A stretch of DNA of 51,001 nt, from the IMG/VR virus record IMGVR_UViG_3300020045_001742, positions 1-51,001 of that record; one strand, written 5' to 3'. A program made the translations under genes and the position numbers. How positions within the stretch are numbered: the stretch's first letter is position 1; each line of letters opens with the position of its first letter. Of the stretch, positions 1 through 7,947 are shown piece by piece. The notes beneath the pieces are model-generated. The model ran no database searches and was not told the origin of the DNA. It was given only the letters and a program-made list of their open reading frames with translations. The DNA comes from a virus. Lineage: Duplodnaviria > Caudoviricetes.

Positions 1-4
1 GTTG

Positions 5-37
5 GCCCGTCATGATTCGCTCTGACGGGCTTTTTTT
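5..37 (+). terminator. Rho-independent terminator after tail tube gene (copy 1)
   Basis: gcccgtca...tgacgggc stem followed by T7. Confidence 0.8.
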
Positions 38-71
38 CGTATAATTGAAACAAATACACATAAGGAAAACC

Positions 72-527
72 ATGCACCCAGAAACAATTATTATCGGCCA
101 GTCTGAATATACGGCCATGAAGATGAATGCGTTTGACGCTAACAAGATTCTGTTGCGTTTGAACAAGGTTATTTTGCCTGTCATTGGTGGACTCACCAAG
201 GGCAAAGGCTCCGTCAATCTGTTGGATGCTGATTTGAGTGAGGTGACTAATATCCTTGCTGAAAATCTCACCGAGGAAGTAATGGACTCAATTGTTTTCC
301 CTATGTTTGCAAATTCGCGGGTTTACTTTGTTGAAAAGAAGATTTTCATTAAAGACGCGATGGGCGTAAACCAAGCGTTTACCGCTGATAACCTGTTTGA
401 CTTTTATGAATTAATCTGGGAGGTTCTTAAACTGAACTTTGCTGTTTTTTTCAAAAAAGCGGCGGGGAACTTTGGGAGCCTAACCGCCGGGGCTCAAACT
501 CAAGTGGCGAAGCCCCCGGCAAATTAA
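72..527 (+). CDS. Tail assembly chaperone (lambda gpG-like position)
   Basis: Between tube and TMP genes; ATG at 72 preceded by AAGGA; slippery T TTT TTC near 3' end. Confidence 0.85.
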   Translation: MHPETIIIGQSEYTAMKMNAFDANKILLRLNKVILPVIGGLTKGKGSVNLLDADLSEVTNILAENLTEEVMDSIVFPMFANSRVYFVEKKIFIKDAMGVNQAFTADNLFDFYELIWEVLKLNFAVFFKKAAGNFGSLTAGAQTQVAKPPAN

Positions 528-697
528 GAGCTGATCTAGAGTCTGAACTTTGGATATGGCGTCCTATATTGGCAAAGAAAACCACTATCACAGAGGTGAA
601 AAGTGGTTTTTGTAGTGTTGAAGACTTAATGAAGTTGAATGCTTTAATGGATATGCAAGATGCATATCAAGATCAGGCGATGAATAAGAAAGATTGA
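452..697 (+). CDS. -1 frameshift extension of tail assembly chaperone (gpGT-like)
   Basis: -1 frame open from slippery site (446-452) to TGA 695-697, reading ...GKLRADLESELWIWRPILAKK...; conserved in copy 2. Confidence 0.75.
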   Translation, partial: QKSGGELWEPNRRGSNSSGEAPGKLRADLESELWIWRPILAKKTTITEVKSGFCSVEDLMKLNALMDMQDAYQDQAMNKKD

Positions 698-701
698 ATA
701 T

Positions 702-2198
702 ATGGCAACGGTGCGTGAATTAGTGACAAAAATTTCCTTCGGTCTTGACCAAGGGAGTCTTAACCGTGCCGAAAGTTCAATAAGTAAATTGTCAGGCATG
801 CTGTCAGGCATCGCCGCTTTTGCGTCTTTGCGTGCATTGGCTGGAGTTGCTGATTCAATGCAGTCGCTTGAAGCTCGTATCGGGATGTTGCCTCAGACCG
901 TTGGATCAGTAGGTGATGCTTTTAACGAAGTGTCAAAACATGCGAGTGATAACCGCCAGTCTCTTGATGCTTACGGTACGCTTTATAACCGCATCGGCAA
1001 TGCAGCCAAGGACTATGTAAAAACTCAGGGTGATTTATTAAAAGTGACTGACACAATCAGTCAGGCTCTTGTCGTTGGTGGTGCTACGGCTCAAGAGGCA
1101 TCGTCTGTAATGACTCAGTTTAGTCAGGCATTGGGTGCTGGTACATTGCAGGGTGAAGAGTTCAGGGCTATGGCAGAGGCAGCGCCGCAGTACATGGATG
1201 AATTGGCTATCGCGCTCGGTGTTCCTCGCAGTGAAATGAAAAAGCTGGCAAGCGAAGGAAAGATAACATCAAAACAGGTTATTGAAGCAACAATGAAAAT
1301 GTCAAGCATTTTTGAGGATAAATTCCGCAAAATGCCAATGACTATTGGTGCTGCAACTTCAATCATTGGCAACAAGTTTAAAACGATGGTTCAGAATCTG
1401 AACCGTGAATCTCAGGTCGTCACCAATGTGGCAAACTTCTTTTTGAATGTTTTTGATCGCATTGAATCTGGTTTTAAATCGTTTGTTGAATTTGTAGGTG
1501 GTGGGACTAACGCATTGAAAGTCTTTGGCATTGCACTCGCTGCAATCCTAGGCCCTATCGCGCTTGGTGGCCTGCTAAGCGTGCTTGGTGCCATCCTGTC
1601 ACCCGCCGGGCTATTGGTGGCTTCGCTTGTCTTGCTTGGCTTGGCTATTGACGATATTTACACGTACATGGAAGGCGGTCAGTCGCTGTTTGGTGACTTC
1701 TTGAAAGATTTGAAAAATGGCGATACCATCACGCTTGCATTGACTGCTGGACTTGTGGCCGCTACGGCGCAGTTTGGATATGTCGCCATTGCTTACGCTG
1801 CTATGTGGGCCAAAATGCGTATTACGGCACTCCTAGAGGGTGCTCGCGTTGCTGGTGCTTGGCTTATGGCGATGGGGCCGGTGGGATGGGGTATTGCTGC
1901 TGGCGCTGGTATTGTGCTTGGTATTGGTGCGCTAATGAACCATGTAAACAGCACTATTGCCGCAGAAGGTGGATCACCGAGAATTGGGCCTGGTAGCGTA
2001 AACCCTCAAACCCTGTTACCCGCCAGAAACCTAGCTCCTGCTGCCAATGTGACAAAAACAGTCAACCAGACCAACAATTTCACATTGCCACCGGGTACGC
2101 CACAATCACACGCCGATATGCTTGGTGGTCAGGTTGTAAATATCTTCGGTCCAGCAAATGAAAAGCTGGCGCGTGACATTAATGCTCAGGGTAATTAA
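702..2198 (+). CDS. Tape measure protein, allele A
   Basis: Ala/Gly-rich helical protein with QFSQALGAGTLQGEEF tape-measure-type motif and hydrophobic C-terminal half; synteny. Confidence 0.92.
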   Translation: MATVRELVTKISFGLDQGSLNRAESSISKLSGMLSGIAAFASLRALAGVADSMQSLEARIGMLPQTVGSVGDAFNEVSKHASDNRQSLDAYGTLYNRIGNAAKDYVKTQGDLLKVTDTISQALVVGGATAQEASSVMTQFSQALGAGTLQGEEFRAMAEAAPQYMDELAIALGVPRSEMKKLASEGKITSKQVIEATMKMSSIFEDKFRKMPMTIGAATSIIGNKFKTMVQNLNRESQVVTNVANFFLNVFDRIESGFKSFVEFVGGGTNALKVFGIALAAILGPIALGGLLSVLGAILSPAGLLVASLVLLGLAIDDIYTYMEGGQSLFGDFLKDLKNGDTITLALTAGLVAATAQFGYVAIAYAAMWAKMRITALLEGARVAGAWLMAMGPVGWGIAAGAGIVLGIGALMNHVNSTIAAEGGSPRIGPGSVNPQTLLPARNLAPAANVTKTVNQTNNFTLPPGTPQSHADMLGGQVVNIFGPANEKLARDINAQGN

Positions 2199-2822
2199 AT
2201 GATCGGCTTTTACTACTCAGGTCAAAATGCTGGAACAAAGGTTTTTGGCGGCATCGCGTCAATCGACTTTGATGCAACGTTAGACGAACTACACGACTGG
2301 CGCAATGAGGTAACTCAAAACCCTGTTGAAACTGGTTCTCCAGTCACTGACCATGTGATCGAACGATCGGACAAACTGAAGTTGACAGGAACCATTACAA
2401 ACAGCCCTTTACGCGGCGAGTTTGCTGGTCAATACTTTGGTGGCGACAATGAATCTCCACGCATTCAGACGGCTTTTGATGCCATTAGATCGCTGTTTAA
2501 GTCGCGTGATGTGGTAGTAGTTTATACAAAGCACGCAATCTATACCGATATGGTTATTGAATCAGTTTCTATACCACGTAACGCTCAGATTGGTGAAGAG
2601 GTGCAGTTTACGATGGAGCTGGTTAATATCCGCTTTGTTGACACTCAGTTGGTAAAGTTGCCACCGGGTATTAGTGCAAAGAAGGATAAAAAGGCAGGTG
2701 GTTCTGGTGGCGCTACTGCTAAGAAAGCAGAATCACAAAAGACGGCTGGAAATAAAGCTTTGGATGAAAACTATAAAACTCGCGCTCAAGCGTCTAGCAT
2801 TCTGAAAAAGGTGTTTCAATGA
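2199..2822 (+). CDS. Baseplate/tail tube initiator (Dit-like) protein
   Basis: VTQNPVETGSPVTDH motif typical of post-TMP proteins in this myovirus layout. Confidence 0.75.
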   Translation: MIGFYYSGQNAGTKVFGGIASIDFDATLDELHDWRNEVTQNPVETGSPVTDHVIERSDKLKLTGTITNSPLRGEFAGQYFGGDNESPRIQTAFDAIRSLFKSRDVVVVYTKHAIYTDMVIESVSIPRNAQIGEEVQFTMELVNIRFVDTQLVKLPPGISAKKDKKAGGSGGATAKKAESQKTAGNKALDENYKTRAQASSILKKVFQ

Positions 2823-3256
2823 TTCTCGCTGAAATTCCACTGTTATCAGATACGACTGACCAACTGGTTGACGTTGTTTTAAGTGATAACCCATACACTT
2901 TGCGCATTCTTTGGAATGAGCGGTATGGTTATTTTTCACTGTCAATTTACGCCCGCGATGGTGCTGTAATTCTTGAGAATATCAAGATGGTGAAAAACTA
3001 TCCGCTAATTGGACGGTTTAAAAATACACTGTTACCAATTGGTGATTTGTATTTCATTGATAACAAAAACAAGAATTCACGCGCACTTTACGAATCAATA
3101 GGAACTGGTGATTATTCATTGGTGTATTACGTGCCGGATGATGTTGTCACCATTGAATCCGTGGTGATTACACCTGTAGAAGCTGTTAGTGGCAGCATAT
3201 GGGACTCAGGCTTGACGGTATTCGATGGCGGATCATCGGTTTGGGATGGTGCCTAA
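2819..3256 (+). CDS. Baseplate plug-like protein
   Basis: YTLRILWNER motif; lies between Dit-like and hub genes; Trp-Asp-rich C-terminal tail. Confidence 0.6.
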   Translation: MILAEIPLLSDTTDQLVDVVLSDNPYTLRILWNERYGYFSLSIYARDGAVILENIKMVKNYPLIGRFKNTLLPIGDLYFIDNKNKNSRALYESIGTGDYSLVYYVPDDVVTIESVVITPVEAVSGSIWDSGLTVFDGGSSVWDGA

Positions 3257-4179
3257 TGGCTTTATTTGACCGTGTAGCCTCGTTAACTGTTGGTAAGCCA
3301 GACGGTAAAGCCGTTGAGATTCGTGATCTACGGTTTTCATTTGCCATTGAAAAGGGTTCGATTGACACGCCAAATACGTGCAATTGCAGAATCTACAACT
3401 TGAATAAAGACTCACGGGCTTTAGTTGAGACTGTCAACAATATTCTGATATTGAAGGCTGGTTATAAGCGTGATGTGGGTGAAATTACTATTTTCACCGG
3501 TACGGTTACGCGGGCTTTGACTCGCATTGAAGGTGCTGATTCTGTCACTGAACTTGAAATGTCGGACGGTGGTGCTGAATACAAAGATACAAAAACAGCA
3601 TTCAGCTTCGCGCCGGGTGTATCGGCACAGCAAGTTTTAAGCAACATCGCTGCAACTTTTAACCTGCCCATCCGGCCATTGCCAAGTGACATAGCAACCA
3701 AAACATATCCAGACGGCTTCGCCTTCATTGGCCGGTCACGCGAAGCCATGAAAAAGGCTTGTGACTTTCTGGGTCTTGAGTGGTCAATCCAGAATAGAGA
3801 GTTACAGATACTTAAACAAGGTAAAGCTGTTGATATGCAAGCCTTTGTTTTGTCACCTGATACCGGCTTGATTGAGTCGCCGGAATCAGAGCATAAAATT
3901 CTATCTGAAAAAGCAGCCGCTAAAAAAGGCTTCACCGAAAAGCAAAAAGGCGTTCGCGTTACTTATGGCGAGACTGAATCTGGTAAAAATGAAAAGCGCT
4001 TAGAAGTCCAAGGCTATCGCGTTAAAAGCCTTTTGCAGCCAGCATTGCAACCGGGTGGATATGTTCGCTTGGATACTCGAGGGATTGATAAGGAATACTT
4101 TAAAGTCGAAACTGTAACCCATTCTGGCGATACTCACGGCGCTGACTGGTTTTCGCAGTTGGTTTTGCGGTACGTGTAA
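3256..4179 (+). CDS. Baseplate hub protein
   Basis: IYNLN, LKAGY, WSIQN, SPDTGLIESP and HSGDTHG motifs; ATG overlaps upstream TAA. Confidence 0.8.
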   Translation: MALFDRVASLTVGKPDGKAVEIRDLRFSFAIEKGSIDTPNTCNCRIYNLNKDSRALVETVNNILILKAGYKRDVGEITIFTGTVTRALTRIEGADSVTELEMSDGGAEYKDTKTAFSFAPGVSAQQVLSNIAATFNLPIRPLPSDIATKTYPDGFAFIGRSREAMKKACDFLGLEWSIQNRELQILKQGKAVDMQAFVLSPDTGLIESPESEHKILSEKAAAKKGFTEKQKGVRVTYGETESGKNEKRLEVQGYRVKSLLQPALQPGGYVRLDTRGIDKEYFKVETVTHSGDTHGADWFSQLVLRYV

Positions 4180-4252
4180 TGGCTCAGGCTTTCCACCTGA
4201 TTGTCGCGCTAACTCCGCGATAGTAGCTTGTCTAGAACAAGCCAGTTAGGGT

Positions 4253-4420
4253 GGGGTGGCCGGTAGTGAATTTCCGGCTTGGTGTCCTTACGTTTGCAGA
4301 GAGAGCCTATTGCATGCATGGCTGCACTTACCCGCTATTTCTCACACCTTGAGTCATATCCTGTCGAGCCGGGTGGGGATTTCCGGTACTCGTAGCGCAT
4401 CACAACTGCGCATTCACCCC
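4253..4420 (-). ncRNA. Putative structured tRNA-shaped ncRNA (family unassigned)
   Basis: Closing stem GGGGUG/CACCCC, flanking arms GCGCA/UGCGC and GCCGG/CCGGC with complementary loops GUGA/UCAC, plus internal stems. Confidence 0.6.
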
Positions 4421-4580
4421 GTAAATATTGATGGTGCAAGTGAGCTTTATACACTTGACGCTTTTATTTAGTTCACCATCAATCATGAACCCTGACTTTA
4501 CCCATACCCGTTAAAACATGGCAAGGCTCATGATTGATAGTCCACGTCTTTCCGTGGTGTCATTTAACTTTGGTTAACAG

Positions 4581-4596
4581 TTACATGATAATCTCC
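4581..4596 (-). promoter_or_regulatory. Start-stop minigene (GGAG-6 nt-AUG UAA)
   Basis: Minus strand reads ggagattatcATGTAA. Confidence 0.45.
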
Positions 4597-4646
4597 AGTC
4601 CACTGATTAAGATTTGCTAGTTCAAGACTGAATCTTAACGCCATTT

Positions 4647-4691
4647 CACTCAAAAATTCAATTTTGTCAAAATAAATTTATGGGCTAAAAT
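4647..4691. promoter_or_regulatory. Overlapping divergent sigma70-like promoters
   Basis: + strand TTGTCA(4664)-16-TAAAAT(4686); - strand TTGACA at 4670-4665 with a weak TGAAAT -10. Confidence 0.45.
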
Positions 4692-4698
4692 GTGTTAT

Positions 4699-5385
4699 AT
4701 GGCAGAAAACAACGACTTTATCAGCGCGCTAAAAAGCATGGTTGACGGTCGCCTGCATGAAATCAATACAAGCCTTCCCGGTGTGATTGTTAGTTACGCC
4801 AATGGCCGCGCTAGTGTGCAGCCTACGCCTAAACGCCGATTTGCTGACGGGGATGTGTTGACGTTTCCAATCCTGCAAAACGTCCGGGTGTGTTGGCCTA
4901 GCTTTAGTGGCGGGTCAGCGGGTGTTAAGGGGCCGATTAAGTCCGGTGATAAGTGTCTTTTGGTGTTCGCACAGCAAGCGGTTGACGGAACTGATGATGC
5001 TCGCCGGTTTGATATTTCAGACTCGTATTGCATCCCGTGTGACCTCGGTAGTGCTGGCGCTGGCGATAGTGGCAACAATGCCGATTTAACGGTGTTTTAC
5101 GGGGCTGCGTCAATGCGCCTTACCGCTGGTGGTGCCTTGCTGATTACAGCGCCTGGAGGTGTCACTATTGAGGCCCCTAGCACCACCAACACCGGGACAC
5201 TGACGATTGAAGGATTACTATCTTACATGGCTGGAATGGCTGGCGTTGGCGGCGGTGCTGGGTCTACTATTATTGGCGAACTCACTCAGGCGGGTGGCGC
5301 ATTGTCTAGCAACGGAATCACGCTTTCTACTCACGTTCACAGTGGCGTTCAGTCTGGGCCATCAAATACAGGGGCACCGGTTTGA
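4699..5385 (+). CDS. Baseplate central spike (Gp138/gpV-like)
   Basis: HEINTSLPGVIVSY and GDKCLLVF N-terminal motifs; C-terminal THVHSGV HxH metal-binding tip. Confidence 0.9.
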   Translation: MAENNDFISALKSMVDGRLHEINTSLPGVIVSYANGRASVQPTPKRRFADGDVLTFPILQNVRVCWPSFSGGSAGVKGPIKSGDKCLLVFAQQAVDGTDDARRFDISDSYCIPCDLGSAGAGDSGNNADLTVFYGAASMRLTAGGALLITAPGGVTIEAPSTTNTGTLTIEGLLSYMAGMAGVGGGAGSTIIGELTQAGGALSSNGITLSTHVHSGVQSGPSNTGAPV

Positions 5386-5849
5386 TTGATATTGCATTAG
5401 ACAAAATAACCCATGATCTAGTATTGGTTGACAATGATCTGGTGATGCTAGATGGCGCTGAGCGTGTTCGTCAGAACTTGGCTATCAAGCTAAAATTGTG
5501 GTCTGGAGAGTGGTTTCTTGATACTGAATTTGGTACGCCATACTTAACAGAAATACTTGGTAAGCAGATAAGCCTAGCTGGCGCTGTTGCAGCTTTGAAA
5601 AAGTCAATTTCAGATGTTGACGGAGTGCAGTCAATCACGCGCTTTGAGTTTGATTTTAACCGTTCGTCTAGAAATTTAGATGTGAACTTTGATGTTCAAA
5701 CTCCATACGGAAATTTGAATATTATTAAAGTTCAGCCAAAATATACATCAATGGAATTAATTGCAATTTCTCAGTCTGAAAACTTTTTACTGAATGAAGA
5801 TTACTTCAACACATTGATTAATACAACAATACCATCACACGGATATTAA
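5382..5849 (+). CDS. Baseplate wedge / sheath initiator (gp25-like) with C-terminal extension
   Basis: GEWFLDTEFGTPY and VQTPYG motifs. Confidence 0.8.
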   Translation: MIDIALDKITHDLVLVDNDLVMLDGAERVRQNLAIKLKLWSGEWFLDTEFGTPYLTEILGKQISLAGAVAALKKSISDVDGVQSITRFEFDFNRSSRNLDVNFDVQTPYGNLNIIKVQPKYTSMELIAISQSENFLLNEDYFNTLINTTIPSHGY

Positions 5850-5850
5850 A

Positions 5851-7782
5851 ATGGCACAATTACCTTTAGACAAAGCAATTAAACGACTTCAAACTAATGA
5901 CGAACGGCTTGAAAAGTTTGCCAATGGTGGAGTTGGTGAAAATTACACGTCATCCTCTGGCGCCATTGTTCCGTCTATTCAAAAGTTTTTAGCCACCAAG
6001 AATACAGAGATTAATGTAGGTGCTGAAAGTGCTTTAGCAGGTGCTGTGGCTGCAAAGGATGCCGCTGAATTAAGTGCCACTGAAGCGGCTGATTCAGCGG
6101 CGTCTTTGATTGGATCAGGTACTGCTGCATTGGTTGGCACAGTTCCTGCCGGTAATTTGACGGCTGTTAATGTTCAGGGCGCGTTGGACGAACTGGATTA
6201 TGAGAAGGTTGCTGTTAATCAATTGGCTTCGTCGGATGGCTCATCGCTGGTGGGGTATATGCCTGCTGGGGTTGGGGCTGTTGCTACTACTGTACAGAAG
6301 AAGCTACGGGAGAGCGTGAGTGTGAGTGTGTTGGATTTTGGGGCGGTGGGGGATGGGGTTGCGAATGATACGTCGGCTATTCAGGCGGCGATTGAAAGCA
6401 TTAAAGCAATCGGGGGCTCTGTATTTTTTCCGCCCGGAAGTTATAACATTAGCTCGCCAATAGTGCTTTGGTCTAACATAATGATGTTTAGCGATTTTGG
6501 TGCAGCAACCATTATCAAGACTTCCGCAACCACCTACACGGGGTCAAGTGGAGTCGCAAAGAACGCTGTCATATATTTGGATGCGCCATCCGGGTTTACT
6601 TCTCGATCCAAAATCGAGGGGCTAACCATTATCGGAGATCGCACTACTGTCACCGGAATATTCCTAGGAAACTCCAACAAGATAACTGTAGATAGTGTAA
6701 CTATTGACGGGGTTTTGACGGGTGTTCGTGGCGAATCAAATTTTCTAATCACTATGTCGCAAGTGCGCGTAAATTCGTCTGCATTTGCTTTTGACTTTAG
6801 TGGTACATCCGATAAAACATCATTGAATTTTCAAAGTTGTTACGCGGAGGCATGCGGTGGAGGCTGGGCTTTTTCGGCAACAAAGTACACCACCCTAAAT
6901 GGCTGCGCTGCGGACTATATCAACACAGGTGGCAAGCCTGGCAACCCTTACGGCGCGGCGGCTGGAGGTAACTACCTTGCCGAGGGGTATGTTTATCTTT
7001 TTTCTGCATCCGATGTTGTACTAAATGGCTGTGGATGTGAAAGCTCTACTGCATCATATATTTATGCGGAATCTTCTAACGTCACATTAAATTCTTGTAA
7101 CGGGTACTTGATAGAAAATTACTTTGGAGCAACGTCTTACATTACAGCATTTATTCAATTACGGGGCATTACACCATCGACTGTAATTTTGAACGCTTGT
7201 GCATTCAGCGGTATTGCAAATCAATCTGGCGTTACCACGCAATATGTAAAAGGAGTTTATTGCGAGACACCTTTATTACAAAAATTTGTTGCCACTTCAT
7301 GGCCTGTTGTCACTGGTTATGGAGCTGGATACGATTACCAGAATCTAGGACATACGGTCCCGAATCTACTTTCTACTAATGCTCAAGAAAATAATATTGA
7401 CACTACCGGAACATGGATTCCAACGTTTTCAGCGTCAGTAGGTACTTTTGGCTCAATCAGTTACTCTGTTCAATCAGGTCGTTACTCTAGAATTGGCGAC
7501 ATGGTTATTGCTAATTTTACTATAGTAGTTTCTGCTGTAACTATTGGTACTGCTGGTGGAGCTTTGCAAATTGGAGGACTTCCTTTTACAGTTTCAGGAG
7601 CAGAAGGTCAGGCTAACTATCGAGATGTGTTCGCATCACAGGGTCCTGATTTTATTCAGTACAGCGGTGTTGGGACAAATATGCTTCTTCGATACAAAAC
7701 AGCCACAAGTTACGCAAATGTTCCGCCTACGGCTATACAGACGAACTCAATGCTTCAAGGTACCATAACCTATTATCTATGA
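5851..7782 (+). CDS. Tailspike-like protein with pectate-lyase-superfamily beta-helix (putative depolymerase)
   Basis: VSVLDFGAVGDGVANDTSAIQAAI and VFFPPGSY motifs, beta-helix-like repeats, C-terminal GTWIPT..GRYSRIGDMV domain. Confidence 0.8.
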   Translation: MAQLPLDKAIKRLQTNDERLEKFANGGVGENYTSSSGAIVPSIQKFLATKNTEINVGAESALAGAVAAKDAAELSATEAADSAASLIGSGTAALVGTVPAGNLTAVNVQGALDELDYEKVAVNQLASSDGSSLVGYMPAGVGAVATTVQKKLRESVSVSVLDFGAVGDGVANDTSAIQAAIESIKAIGGSVFFPPGSYNISSPIVLWSNIMMFSDFGAATIIKTSATTYTGSSGVAKNAVIYLDAPSGFTSRSKIEGLTIIGDRTTVTGIFLGNSNKITVDSVTIDGVLTGVRGESNFLITMSQVRVNSSAFAFDFSGTSDKTSLNFQSCYAEACGGGWAFSATKYTTLNGCAADYINTGGKPGNPYGAAAGGNYLAEGYVYLFSASDVVLNGCGCESSTASYIYAESSNVTLNSCNGYLIENYFGATSYITAFIQLRGITPSTVILNACAFSGIANQSGVTTQYVKGVYCETPLLQKFVATSWPVVTGYGAGYDYQNLGHTVPNLLSTNAQENNIDTTGTWIPTFSASVGTFGSISYSVQSGRYSRIGDMVIANFTIVVSAVTIGTAGGALQIGGLPFTVSGAEGQANYRDVFASQGPDFIQYSGVGTNMLLRYKTATSYANVPPTAIQTNSMLQGTITYYL

Positions 7783-7947
7783 CTATTGACAACTATAATC
7801 TATACTGATGGTTGTATTTAATGTTGAGTTTGAACAGATAATAGGTGTGCCGATCCAACTAGCCTTTTAGCCAGTGTAAAAATTAATTTTAAAAGTAATA
7901 TATGAGCAATGCTAAAAACCAAATTGTATAATAATTGAGATTATTAA

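Larger units (their letters stand above)
1..3924 (+). repeat. Diverged direct repeat, copy 1 (partner 47083..51001)
   Basis: Identical to copy 2 for the first 244 nt, then substitutions and small in-frame indels; same gene order. Confidence 0.97.

Noticed and set aside
460-495. H-type pseudoknot stimulating the frameshift
   Set aside because: The loop after stem 1 would be only 1 nt; the pairings are more plausibly alternative hairpins
4253-4420. Canonical tRNA or tmRNA
   Set aside because: No anticodon arm, no GTTCRA loop, no encoded CCA and no evident tag ORF
4256-4471. 71-aa + strand ORF in the hub-spike gap
   Set aside because: GTG start, no recognisable motif, and it runs across dense stems; structured RNA explains the region better
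7783-7900. Gene remnant or promoter (TTGACA..TATAAT) after the tailspike
   Set aside because: Only very short ORFs, and the hexamers are 2 nt apart
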